Positions 9,592-20,063 of a stretch of DNA of 64,000 nt are shown here, in pieces. Below the pieces are notes generated by a model. It saw only the letters and a list, made by a program, of their open reading frames with translations, had not been told where the DNA came from and searched no databases. Position 1 is the stretch's first letter. Every line of letters starts with the position of its first letter. The stretch is from Candidatus Poribacteria bacterium (lineage in GTDB: Bacteria > Poribacteria > WGA-4E > WGA-3G), in assembly GCA_965205025.1 (NCBI GenBank), contig CBDBFU010000025.1, forward strand, positions 25,574 through 89,573. Reading direction: 5' to 3'. A program made the position numbers and the translations under genes.

Positions 9592-11580
9592 ATGATGATA
9601 CAAAAACGTCCGATTCTCTCTGTACTTCTACTCTTTTTAATATCAAGCTCAATCAGTTATGCTCAGGATAATACACAAACCGGATTGCCGGATGGTGCGA
9701 TAGCAAGATTGGGTAAAGGTGGGATAAATATCATGCGTTTTTCTCCTGACGGATCACGTTTGGCAGTGGGAACGGATGTAGGAGTATGGGTTTACGATGT
9801 CTCTGATGGTATCGGAAAAACTCTACCAAGCGAAAACTATGGTCAAGTAAGTACACTTGCGTTTTCACCTGATGGAAAAATTCTTGTCAGTGGTGGTTCG
9901 AATCCATATATAAATATTTGGGAATTAAATACAGGGAAGATCCTTACAACTCTTACTATAGATGGTAAACTTCCGACTGTAACAGATCTATTCTTTCACG
10001 ACTCATTTCTTTTCAGTGTAAAAGATCATTACGAAATCATGAAATGGGGTATTCATACAATTAAAGAGGAATTGAATTTAGAATTAGAGAATTCTAATAA
10101 AACTGTGTCATCCAGTAATCAGAAAATTACTGTCTCAGGAGATAGTTCTGGTAAAATCACAGTTCGAAATGCAATTACGGGAGATAGGGTAGCAACTCTA
10201 AATGGACATCAAGAATCAACTGAAAAAGATATAATTACACTTGGAATTACTGATGATAATAAAATATTGGTGAGTGCAGGTAGAGATAAGACGATTCAAT
10301 TATGGGATATACCGAACCAGACTCAATTAGCAAGCATCAAGAGACAAAAAGCTTGGGTGACGTCTATAGCATTCTCTGAAGATAGAAAAATACTTGCTAC
10401 TGGATATGCATCTGATGTGATTAAATTGTGGAATGTGAATACTCGACGTGAACTTAGAACACTTAAAGGACATAATAACACTATTAACGCTTTAACCTTC
10501 GCTCCTGAAAGCACGCCAAATTATGGGGCATGCCTTGCAAGTGGAAGTGCTGATGGTACAATACGATTTTGGGATCCAAAAACAGGAAAAGAACTGGTTA
10601 CATTCACCGATGGACACACTGAGTGGGTTAAAACTATTGCTTTCACTAATTCTGATTCACAAATCGTTAGTGCAGCCTATAACGGTGTGATTGAAAAATG
10701 GAATTTACAAACTAAACTGAGAGAGGCTATATTCCATACGTCTCAGTTTGATGACACAGAATCGGTTGTGTTGTCATCAGATGCTACTCACTATGCAGTG
10801 CTTGGAAAGAGAGGAACACAATTCGCATTTGAACAGGATAGTTGGGGATATAAATCCACAGGACTATTTCGTACAAGTTTCCAATTATGGGATCTCACAA
10901 CCGAGAAGAAAATCCCCGGTTCATGGCATAGTATTTTTGTCAAAATAGCAGGATCTGTATTCTCACCGGATGGCAAACTATTTGCTTATGATAACTCAAG
11001 TAAGATTATAATCGTTGATATCGATACAAAAACGGAATTATACCGTATAGAGGAAAGAAACTCCTTTGATAGGAAGTTAGCCATCTCTCCTGATGGAAAA
11101 TTACTTGTGTTTACAGATAAGTCGGGAAAAGCAAAAGTTTTAGTCTTGGAAACTCAACATGAGATCGCTCTTCCATTAAAAGATCGTACCAGTGTTTTCA
11201 CATTCTCTCCAGATGGTTCTACACTTGCAACTAAAGGAAAGAACATACATATATGGAAAATGGATTCAAACAAAAAGGGAGAGAACAAGACTTTGTCCAA
11301 CAGTTTTAATGCACTCAGAAGTGTCATGACATTCTCTCCAGATGGAAATATACTTGCCTGTTTTAATGTAGATACCCATGAGGATAGATGGAGATATGGG
11401 ATTAAATTGATTGATGTCAGAACAGATAAAGTGTTGGCTATACTATCGGGACACACTGAACCGATTGAGACATTAGTCTTTTCTCATACTGGAAAAATAC
11501 TTGCAAGTGGAAGTATGGATGGTACAATCCTTCTTTGGGATTGGGAAGAAATAATCTCACAACAAATAAAGGATGAATAG
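9592..11580 (+). CDS. Secreted WD40-repeat protein (member 2)
   Basis: Signal peptide ending SYA, LPDGAIARLGKG, WD repeats, terminal LLWDW. Confidence 0.9.
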   Translation: MMIQKRPILSVLLLFLISSSISYAQDNTQTGLPDGAIARLGKGGINIMRFSPDGSRLAVGTDVGVWVYDVSDGIGKTLPSENYGQVSTLAFSPDGKILVSGGSNPYINIWELNTGKILTTLTIDGKLPTVTDLFFHDSFLFSVKDHYEIMKWGIHTIKEELNLELENSNKTVSSSNQKITVSGDSSGKITVRNAITGDRVATLNGHQESTEKDIITLGITDDNKILVSAGRDKTIQLWDIPNQTQLASIKRQKAWVTSIAFSEDRKILATGYASDVIKLWNVNTRRELRTLKGHNNTINALTFAPESTPNYGACLASGSADGTIRFWDPKTGKELVTFTDGHTEWVKTIAFTNSDSQIVSAAYNGVIEKWNLQTKLREAIFHTSQFDDTESVVLSSDATHYAVLGKRGTQFAFEQDSWGYKSTGLFRTSFQLWDLTTEKKIPGSWHSIFVKIAGSVFSPDGKLFAYDNSSKIIIVDIDTKTELYRIEERNSFDRKLAISPDGKLLVFTDKSGKAKVLVLETQHEIALPLKDRTSVFTFSPDGSTLATKGKNIHIWKMDSNKKGENKTLSNSFNALRSVMTFSPDGNILACFNVDTHEDRWRYGIKLIDVRTDKVLAILSGHTEPIETLVFSHTGKILASGSMDGTILLWDWEEIISQQIKDE

Positions 11581-11583
11581 ACA

Positions 11584-13701
11584 ATGAAATATAGGATGAG
11601 TTTCTTATACTTATTATCATGTGTTTTGGTAATGACTATTTCCTCAATCAGTCATGCACAAGATGACAATTACTCTGAATTACCAGATGGTGCAATCGGA
11701 AGACTTGGAAAAGGAAGTATTATCGTCATGAAGTTTTCTCCTGATGGTAAACATTTGGCTGTTGGTACTACCATTGGGGGGTGGTTATATGATGTGGATA
11801 CACATGATGTTATTGGTTTGCATCCAAGTCAACCGAGACAGGTTAACAACACAGTTTTCAAATCAAAAAATAATAACGAAACATGGAACCCAAGTGATGT
11901 ATCTATAGTCAATCATTTAATATTTTCTTCTGACAATCGTATACTTGCTGCAAGTGAATCTTCAAATGGTATTATACAATTATGGGATGTTGATACAGGT
12001 CAACAACTTAAGACACTTCCCTTAACAATTAAACGTGATTCTGTTTCAGCAATTGCCTTTTCAGACGACAATAAAACACTCATTGCCCCAAATTATTTTG
12101 GCGAGATTATACATTGGGATATATCCACCGGTAATTTGATAGATCATATTGATAATTACAGACCTGATCTAACGCTGATAGAAGAAGATAATAAATCCGG
12201 CAACCATTCTGGTGATATAGTGGCATTTTCAAATGATAGTAAGACTTTTGTCAGTGGTGATCCAAAAGAGGGACAGATACGTCTATGGGATGCACTTACA
12301 GGACAACAACTTGGCAACTTTAAAGTCAAGACGAAATTTAAAGGGATATCCAAACGAGAGCCTGAACCCCTTAAAGGTGTTAATGTACTGGCATATTCAC
12401 CAAATGGAAAAGCTATTGCCTGTGGTCATGATGATAATACAATAAGATTATATGACATATTAACAAAAACAGAGATTGCTGTGCTTAAAGGCCATCAAGA
12501 ACGAATTAACACAATTACTTATTCACCTGATAGTTCAAAACTCGTTAGTGGGAGCGCAGATAACACAATACGTTTTTGGGATGTTAATAAGAAAAAAGAA
12601 CTATTCAAACTAACCGGTTATAAGAGTCAAATCGTTGAGTTAACTTTCTCTCCTGATGGGAAAATACTTGCAAGTAGTGGTTATGACGGATCTATTCGAT
12701 TCTTAGATCCAAATAGTGGCAGGGAATTGAAGATTTTTACTACTGGACATATTAGTTCAACAATTGGTTTAGCCTTTACTGAAGATAACAAAATGCTTTT
12801 CAGTGCAGCATCTAATGGTTCAGTTCATATATGGGACGTTAATAGTGGTACCACACTACCATCACCAAATGTCGAACATTATGATAGAACAGAAGCTTTT
12901 GCTTTTTCAGGGGATGCGACACTATATGCAAGTCATGGTGCGGATACTGTGGTGCGGTCAAGGGGAAGTAATACACGTACAAGTTGGTTACCACATTCTG
13001 ATACACATCTATGGTCACTTCCACATGGACAAAATATCATCTCACTTCCACAAGGTTATAGTGCATTAACTTTTTCTCCCAATAATCAGCTGCTTGCTGC
13101 CAGTAGTACTAAACAGACAGATTTATGGAATGTTCATACAGGAACAAAAACCTTCAGTCTTGATGTTAGGCAATTCTTCACTAATGTGGTAGTAAGATTC
13201 TCACCCGATGGAAATATACTGACTACAGGTGGCATCAATGGAGAAGTACATATATGGGATGTAAAATCTGGTGATAAAATCAGTACGTTGAGTTCTGGGT
13301 TACGCGAATTCTCAAGAGATTTGGCTTATTCCCCTGACAATTCTATTCTCGCCGTCAGTTATGTTAATGACTACTTAAAATTATGGAATTTAAAAACCAA
13401 GAAGGAAATGTATACACTCCTTACACACAAGGACAAGGTTTGGATAGAAAGGATACTGTTTTCTCCTGATGGTAAAACCCTATTGGTCACGACTCGTGAC
13501 TTCAAAATACTCAGAGAAATACGATTATTCGATGTAGAAACAAGGAAGGAATTACCTCCTATCCAAACAGGACATACAGTTGGTATTAATGCATTAGTAT
13601 TTTCACATGGCGGGAAAACCCTTGCCACTGGCGCAGCGGATGGCACAATCCTACTCTGGGATTGGGATAAAATCAATAAGAAAATATCTATTGGAAATTG
13701 A
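11584..13701 (+). CDS. Secreted WD40-repeat protein (member 3)
   Basis: Signal peptide ending SHA, LPDGAIGRLGKG, WD repeats, terminal LLWDW. Confidence 0.9.
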   Translation: MKYRMSFLYLLSCVLVMTISSISHAQDDNYSELPDGAIGRLGKGSIIVMKFSPDGKHLAVGTTIGGWLYDVDTHDVIGLHPSQPRQVNNTVFKSKNNNETWNPSDVSIVNHLIFSSDNRILAASESSNGIIQLWDVDTGQQLKTLPLTIKRDSVSAIAFSDDNKTLIAPNYFGEIIHWDISTGNLIDHIDNYRPDLTLIEEDNKSGNHSGDIVAFSNDSKTFVSGDPKEGQIRLWDALTGQQLGNFKVKTKFKGISKREPEPLKGVNVLAYSPNGKAIACGHDDNTIRLYDILTKTEIAVLKGHQERINTITYSPDSSKLVSGSADNTIRFWDVNKKKELFKLTGYKSQIVELTFSPDGKILASSGYDGSIRFLDPNSGRELKIFTTGHISSTIGLAFTEDNKMLFSAASNGSVHIWDVNSGTTLPSPNVEHYDRTEAFAFSGDATLYASHGADTVVRSRGSNTRTSWLPHSDTHLWSLPHGQNIISLPQGYSALTFSPNNQLLAASSTKQTDLWNVHTGTKTFSLDVRQFFTNVVVRFSPDGNILTTGGINGEVHIWDVKSGDKISTLSSGLREFSRDLAYSPDNSILAVSYVNDYLKLWNLKTKKEMYTLLTHKDKVWIERILFSPDGKTLLVTTRDFKILREIRLFDVETRKELPPIQTGHTVGINALVFSHGGKTLATGAADGTILLWDWDKINKKISIGN

Positions 13702-13704
13702 CAG

Positions 13705-15702
13705 ATGTTCCAAAAATTTATATCATATTCACTTTTCTTTCTTTTTTTGACTATTACTATAACCCTATACGCGCAAGATAATACGCAAGTAGGACTACCT
13801 GAAGGAGCAATCGCACGATTGGGTAAGGGTGGAATTAATACAATGCAGTTTTCACCTGATGGGTCTCTACTCGCTGTCGGTACTGATGTTGGAGTATGGT
13901 TTTATGACGCATCAAGTGGAAAAGAAACGGCTTTATTCACAGGATACACTGGACGCATAGATGCACTTGATTTCTCACATGATGGAAATATGTTAGCAAG
14001 TGGTGGATTTGCAAATCCAATTGTACAAATTTGGGATCCACGTAATGGCAATAAACTAAACACAATAGAGTTAATAGATAAGACTGATAGGCTTACAGGC
14101 TTGGGGTTTTCCAATGATGGTAAAACACTAACCAGTGTTGATCTTTGGGGTAGGATAAGCCATCATGACCTGGTTAACAAAACCCAAGATATTTTGGATG
14201 TTTCTTCGGGACCACCTGGTGGGTTGGCAGTATTTTCTCCTGATGGAAACACTATTGCCAGTACTTCGTTTGAGAATGAAGGGAAGATTTTCTTGTGGGA
14301 TAGTAAATCGGGGAAACAACAAGCAATATATAAAGGACATTCGAGTAGATTAAAAGGGGATAGTTTTATCAATTCTGTTATTTCTGATATTTTTAATACA
14401 CCCAGGTATGCTGATATAAACTCATTCGATTTCTCACCAGATGGGAAAATACTGGCAAGTGGAAGCATGGACGAAACTGTTCAGTTGTGGGATGTGATAA
14501 ACCACTCTAAGATTGCTACATTAAAAGGTCATAGAAATGTAATTACAACTGTTGCCTTTTCATCAGATGGTAAAACTATAGCGAGTGGGGATGGAGAGAA
14601 ATTAATAAAACTATGGGATATTAATACGAAACGTGAACGTTCTACACTATCTGGTCATACTCATGGAATTACTGCCTTGGTGTTCAGTCCAGATGGAAAA
14701 ACATTAGCAAGTGGGAGTAGGGATGGAACTATTCGGTTTTGGAATTCGCACACTGCCAAAGAAATTGGAATCTTTGCCACTGGTCATATAGACTCTGTGA
14801 ATTCAATAGCATTTAACAAGAATGGATCATCATTAGTCAGTGCATCTTCTTACGGTAGTGTAGATGTATGGAGTATCAAGACCGCACGGGAGTTGACTAC
14901 CATTACAGAAAGTCAGACGAATTCGATAAGTACTTCTGCTTTCTCACCTGATGGTACCCTATTCGCAAGTTATGGTAGAACATATATAGATCGTAGTACT
15001 GGTAAGATTCGTTTATTCAGAGTGGAATCAGGTGATGAATTGCTTGGTCCCTGGAATGAAATAAATGACTCTGTTGATGAATTACTGTTCACACATGATA
15101 ATAGGTTTTTATACGCGAATACCGGAAAGGGAATTCGTAGTTGGAATATACTCACGGGAAAGGAGTATTTTCCATTTGGAGCGGAACCAGCACGGGGGCG
15201 AGGGTTAGCGATTGCACCCAATGGAAAATATATTGCAATGGAGACATTTCGCGGTATACTCAGGGTATGGGATGTAGATGCTCAAAGTGATTTACATATT
15301 CCGATTACGAAAAATGTGTCAGGACTTGCTTTTTCTCCAGACAGTATGTACATTGTCCAAACCCATTTTAATGATGGTACAATCCTATGGGAATTAGCCG
15401 CAAAAGAGTTAGAGGAATATAATCTATATGAGGAGAAATTAAAAGGATTTAACCCTATATTGACATTCTCACCAGATGGATCTATGCTTGTCGCTTCTGT
15501 AAGTGATTTGTGGACTCATCATATAAAAATACTTAATGTTGACACTGGAACCCTCCACACAACCTTAACTGGACACACTGAAGATATTACTGCGTTGAAG
15601 TTCTCACAAGATGGGACAACACTTGCAAGTGCGAGTAAAGATGGTACTATATTACTTTGGGATTGGGATAAAATCAAAAAAAAGATATCTAAAGGAGATT
15701 GA
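13705..15702 (+). CDS. Secreted WD40-repeat protein (member 4)
   Basis: Signal peptide ending LYA, LPEGAIARLGKG, WD repeats, terminal LLWDW. Confidence 0.9.
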   Translation: MFQKFISYSLFFLFLTITITLYAQDNTQVGLPEGAIARLGKGGINTMQFSPDGSLLAVGTDVGVWFYDASSGKETALFTGYTGRIDALDFSHDGNMLASGGFANPIVQIWDPRNGNKLNTIELIDKTDRLTGLGFSNDGKTLTSVDLWGRISHHDLVNKTQDILDVSSGPPGGLAVFSPDGNTIASTSFENEGKIFLWDSKSGKQQAIYKGHSSRLKGDSFINSVISDIFNTPRYADINSFDFSPDGKILASGSMDETVQLWDVINHSKIATLKGHRNVITTVAFSSDGKTIASGDGEKLIKLWDINTKRERSTLSGHTHGITALVFSPDGKTLASGSRDGTIRFWNSHTAKEIGIFATGHIDSVNSIAFNKNGSSLVSASSYGSVDVWSIKTARELTTITESQTNSISTSAFSPDGTLFASYGRTYIDRSTGKIRLFRVESGDELLGPWNEINDSVDELLFTHDNRFLYANTGKGIRSWNILTGKEYFPFGAEPARGRGLAIAPNGKYIAMETFRGILRVWDVDAQSDLHIPITKNVSGLAFSPDSMYIVQTHFNDGTILWELAAKELEEYNLYEEKLKGFNPILTFSPDGSMLVASVSDLWTHHIKILNVDTGTLHTTLTGHTEDITALKFSQDGTTLASASKDGTILLWDWDKIKKKISKGD

Positions 15703-15705
15703 CAG

Positions 15706-18018
15706 ATGTTACGAAAAACTGTTTCAAATTCACTTTTCCTTCTGTTTCTTTCTATAACTATAACCCTCTATGCACAAGATAATACGCAGGTAGGACTACC
15801 TGAGGGTGCAATCGCACGTCTGGGGAAAGGAGGAATTAATATAATGCAATTTTCACCTAATGGAAAACATCTTGTCGTCGGAACAGATGTCTGTCTCTGG
15901 GTATATGATACAAAGACGGGTGATGATAAGGGTTTATTTACGGATAAACCTGGACATATTAACGCTATTGCATTTTCACCAGACGGGAAAAAGGTTGCAA
16001 GTGGTGGGTTTTCAAACCCAATAATTCAGATATGGGAATTGGAGTCCGGAAATAAACTCAATAATTTCAGATTTACCAGTGAAACAAATTCAATAAGTAG
16101 TTTAGCTTATTCTGAGGATGGTAGCACGCTCATAATTTTAGATAAATTTGGAGAACTGAAACATTGGGATATTGAGGCAAATCAAATAGTGGCTAATACC
16201 CACGGTGTAGATAGACATGAAGTGATAATTTATTCTGGTGTGCTTAATGCATTTGCAGCTGGTCAAGAGAATGGACGAATACACTTCTATGACGCAACTA
16301 CAGGAAAACAGCAAAAAGGTTTAATTGGACATTCAAGTCTTTTTAATAGAGATGATAAAAATATTTGGTCGTTGGCATTCTCAAACGACGGAACTTTGTT
16401 GGCAAGTGGGAGTATGGATAAGACTGTCCGTTTATGGGATACTGAGAATCGTAAGCACCTTGCGAAATTCTCTTTACATGAATCATGGATTACAGCCGTA
16501 GCGTTCTCCAACGATGGTAGTATTTTGGCGAGTGGGGATGCAAATAAGAAAATCATACTGTGGGATACTGAAACAAATGCAAAAAGGGAACTGGAAGGAC
16601 ACACAAGTGGTATTTGTGTGCTTGCATTTTCTCCTGATGGTACAACTTTAGCAAGTGGAAGCTATGATGGTACAATCCGCTTCTGGAATCCATCCACAGG
16701 TGAGGAAATATCAACATTCACAACAGGACATTCGAAATTTATTACATCATTGGCATTCTCGAATGAGGATACTATACTTACCTCTGTGGATTTTAATGGT
16801 ACTGTTGACCTATGGAATATGAGGACAAAACAGGGGCATTCATTCCTAAACACTGGACAAAATACAGTGGATAGCGCGACTTCCCTTTCTCATGATGCGA
16901 TGCTATATGCAGCAATGGGTAATAACTATACAACTGCATTTTATCCATTAGGTTTTGGATGGAGAGGAGGAGGTAGTGGTAGAAGAGAATCGAAGTTTCA
17001 AGTATGGAACCTATCCACAAGAGAGGAATTGCATGGACCTTGGACGCATCAGAATTATTATATTAATGCGGTAACTTTTTCTCCTGATAGCAAGATGCTT
17101 GTAGTCAGTGACAGAGGTAGAGGTATACTCTCATGGAACATTGATACTGGTGAAGAAACAGTCTTACTTAATCAAAGATCCCATTGGAAAAATAAACTAA
17201 TTTTCTCTCCAAATGGAAGAATGGTTGCATTTCAGGGAGGACATTCCACATCACATATATGGAATTATGAGACACAACAGGAGATCACCCCTGAGTATAT
17301 GAAACGTAATTCTTCAGCTATATCATTTTCTCCAGACAATATGATACTCGCGGTAGCATACCGAAATCAGATGGTATTATGGGATATTGTAGAGAATGAA
17401 TTTAATGAACGAGGTAGTATGAAGATAGGTATTATAGAAGAAATAACATTCTCTCCTGATGGAAAATTAATTATTAGTGCAAACGCACAAGGATGGAAAT
17501 ATTACATAAAAGTTTGGGATGTAGAAACAGGAAACGAATTACTATCATTAAACGGGCACACCGAAAAAATAAAAGTATTAAGGTTTTCTCATAATGGAAA
17601 AATACTTGCAACTGGAAGTATGGATGGAACAGTTCTTTTATGGGATTGGGAGCAGATCAAACAAAAACTCTTAATTGAACGTGTTGATAATCTTACAACT
17701 AATCTCATACCTCCTGTAATCCTGCCAGAATACGAAAGTAAAGAAGCGGAAGCTGAAGCAGTAAAATTATGGCTAAAAGAGAATGGATATACACTTGAAA
17801 TCACACCAAACCGTTTTTCGCTTAAGCATGCCGAATCAAGTAGTACTATCTCTGGCTTAGGTGGTGGCAGACTCTCCAGTGGTGATGTGGATATAGTAGT
17901 GAATAATCCCTTTTTCACTATAAAGGTATTTAAGATTGGTACGGGGACATTTATACATGAAAATGGTGAAATCAAATATCATGAAATAGAAGAGGTAGAG
18001 AATACAAAAGAGGAATAA
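15706..18018 (+). CDS. Secreted WD40-repeat protein with extra C-terminal domain (member 5)
   Basis: Same architecture plus about 120 aa after LLWDW that are absent from the other members. Confidence 0.9.
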   Translation: MLRKTVSNSLFLLFLSITITLYAQDNTQVGLPEGAIARLGKGGINIMQFSPNGKHLVVGTDVCLWVYDTKTGDDKGLFTDKPGHINAIAFSPDGKKVASGGFSNPIIQIWELESGNKLNNFRFTSETNSISSLAYSEDGSTLIILDKFGELKHWDIEANQIVANTHGVDRHEVIIYSGVLNAFAAGQENGRIHFYDATTGKQQKGLIGHSSLFNRDDKNIWSLAFSNDGTLLASGSMDKTVRLWDTENRKHLAKFSLHESWITAVAFSNDGSILASGDANKKIILWDTETNAKRELEGHTSGICVLAFSPDGTTLASGSYDGTIRFWNPSTGEEISTFTTGHSKFITSLAFSNEDTILTSVDFNGTVDLWNMRTKQGHSFLNTGQNTVDSATSLSHDAMLYAAMGNNYTTAFYPLGFGWRGGGSGRRESKFQVWNLSTREELHGPWTHQNYYINAVTFSPDSKMLVVSDRGRGILSWNIDTGEETVLLNQRSHWKNKLIFSPNGRMVAFQGGHSTSHIWNYETQQEITPEYMKRNSSAISFSPDNMILAVAYRNQMVLWDIVENEFNERGSMKIGIIEEITFSPDGKLIISANAQGWKYYIKVWDVETGNELLSLNGHTEKIKVLRFSHNGKILATGSMDGTVLLWDWEQIKQKLLIERVDNLTTNLIPPVILPEYESKEAEAEAVKLWLKENGYTLEITPNRFSLKHAESSSTISGLGGGRLSSGDVDIVVNNPFFTIKVFKIGTGTFIHENGEIKYHEIEEVENTKEE

Positions 18019-18021
18019 ACA

Positions 18022-19989
18022 ATGATTCATCATATTTTCAGACTTTTAGTTCTGTTGACAGTAACCTTTCATTTTAGTGTGTATGCTCAAGAATCAACAC
18101 AGAACGGTTTACCAGACGGGGCAATAGCACGACTCGGTAAGGGTGGGATAAATCTCATGCAGTACTCTCCTGATGGGAAATATCTTGTCGTAGGAACAGA
18201 TGTTGGTGTATGGGTATATGATACGAAGACTGGTGATGAGAAGGGATTACTTGCTGATAAACCTGGACAGATTAATGCACTTGCTTTTTCACCGGATAGT
18301 AAAACACTTGCCAGTGGAGGATTTGCAAACAAGATTATTCAATTGTGGAATTTGGATACTGGTAAAAAACTCAGGAATTTTATATTAACCAATGAAACAG
18401 ATTCAACCCACGGTTTAGCTTTTTCTGAGGATGGTGATCTACTCATTATTTTACAGAGATCTGGAGTAATGAAACATTGGGAAATTCAAACGAATCAAAT
18501 AGTGTCTAATGCCTATAAGGTGAAAGATCATGAAGCAATTGCATATTCTAAACAGCTCAATGTTTTTGCCACTGGACTGGATAATGGGAGAATCCACTTC
18601 TATGATGCTACAACAGGAAAACCGAAAAGAGGTTTAATTGGGCATGCCAGTCTTTTTAATAGCGACGATAAGACTATTTGGAATTTATCATTCTCAAACG
18701 ACGGAACTATGCTTGCCAGTGGAAGTATGGATAAGACTGTACGATTATGGGATACAGTCAAACGAAAAAGTCTTGGAAAATTCTCTGGACATGAAACATA
18801 TATCACTGCTGTGGCTCTATCTTACAATGGGAAAATCTTGGCGAGTGGTGATGCTAAAAAGAATATAATTCTTTGGGATACGAAAACCAAGCAAAAACTG
18901 GGAGAATTGGTAGGACATACAAATGGAATCTGTGCACTTGCGTTTTCACCTGATGGAACTACCTTAGCAAGTGGAAGTTATGATGGGACAATTCGTTTTT
19001 GGAATCCAATAAATGGAGAGGAGATATCAATTTTCACAACTGGTCATTCAAAATGGATTCAGTCATTGGCATTTACAAGAAACGATACTACACTAACTTC
19101 TACGGATTTTAATGGTACTATCGATCTATGGAATTTGAAAACAAAAAAGGGGCTCTCGTACTTCAATATTGGACAAGGTAAATCAGTAGGCACTGCAACT
19201 ATATCACAGGATGCAGTTCTATTTTCAGCAAAAAAACATACCTATACAACTGCTTTTCACCCATTAAGTTTTAGTAGTAGGGGTGGTGGCAGTAGAATGG
19301 GTGTAAGTCTTCAAGTATGGAATATTTCGACAGGTGAAGAAATTCATGGACCTTGGGAAAATCAGAAATTGGATATAAATGCAATGACATTCTCTCCAGA
19401 TAAGAAAAACTTAGTAGTAAGGGATAGACATAAAGGCGTTTATTCATGGAATATTGATACTGGAGAGGAAAGAATTATATTTAACAATCGGTCCCAATGG
19501 GAAAATAAATTAACCTTTTCACCAAACGGCAAATTTCTCGCGTTTAATGGTCGACATTCCTCCACACATATATGGGAGAGTGTAACATATCAAGATATAA
19601 CCCCTGAGGATATGATAGAAGCCTCGGCTATAGCATTTTCACCTGACAATACACTACTTGCAATGGAGCAGCGTGATATGCTTGTTTTATGGGATATCCA
19701 AGGTACAGAATTCACAGAACGAGGAAGTATTAAAGTAGGGAACATTGAGGGGCTGCTATTTACCCCTGATGGGAAATACGTCCTATCTGCTAACATAGAT
19801 AGATGGCAATATAATATAAGAATTTGGGATATCGAAACAGGAAATTATTTATTATCCTTACTCGGACACACAGAGAAAATTAAAGCAATGAGATTTTCTC
19901 ATAACGGACAAATACTCGCAACTGGGAGTCTGGATGGAACTATCCTTCTATGGGATTGGGAACAAATCAGTCATAGACTTAAAAAATAA
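18022..19989 (+). CDS. Secreted WD40-repeat protein (member 6)
   Basis: Body closely parallels member 5 (NGRIHFYDATTGK..GLIGH); terminal LLWDW. Confidence 0.9.
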   Translation: MIHHIFRLLVLLTVTFHFSVYAQESTQNGLPDGAIARLGKGGINLMQYSPDGKYLVVGTDVGVWVYDTKTGDEKGLLADKPGQINALAFSPDSKTLASGGFANKIIQLWNLDTGKKLRNFILTNETDSTHGLAFSEDGDLLIILQRSGVMKHWEIQTNQIVSNAYKVKDHEAIAYSKQLNVFATGLDNGRIHFYDATTGKPKRGLIGHASLFNSDDKTIWNLSFSNDGTMLASGSMDKTVRLWDTVKRKSLGKFSGHETYITAVALSYNGKILASGDAKKNIILWDTKTKQKLGELVGHTNGICALAFSPDGTTLASGSYDGTIRFWNPINGEEISIFTTGHSKWIQSLAFTRNDTTLTSTDFNGTIDLWNLKTKKGLSYFNIGQGKSVGTATISQDAVLFSAKKHTYTTAFHPLSFSSRGGGSRMGVSLQVWNISTGEEIHGPWENQKLDINAMTFSPDKKNLVVRDRHKGVYSWNIDTGEERIIFNNRSQWENKLTFSPNGKFLAFNGRHSSTHIWESVTYQDITPEDMIEASAIAFSPDNTLLAMEQRDMLVLWDIQGTEFTERGSIKVGNIEGLLFTPDGKYVLSANIDRWQYNIRIWDIETGNYLLSLLGHTEKIKAMRFSHNGQILATGSLDGTILLWDWEQISHRLKK

Positions 19990-20063
19990 ACGTGGTGAGA
20001 ATCTGATGTGAAATCAAATATCATTAAATAGAAGATACAGAGAATATAAAATAGGAGTAAAAA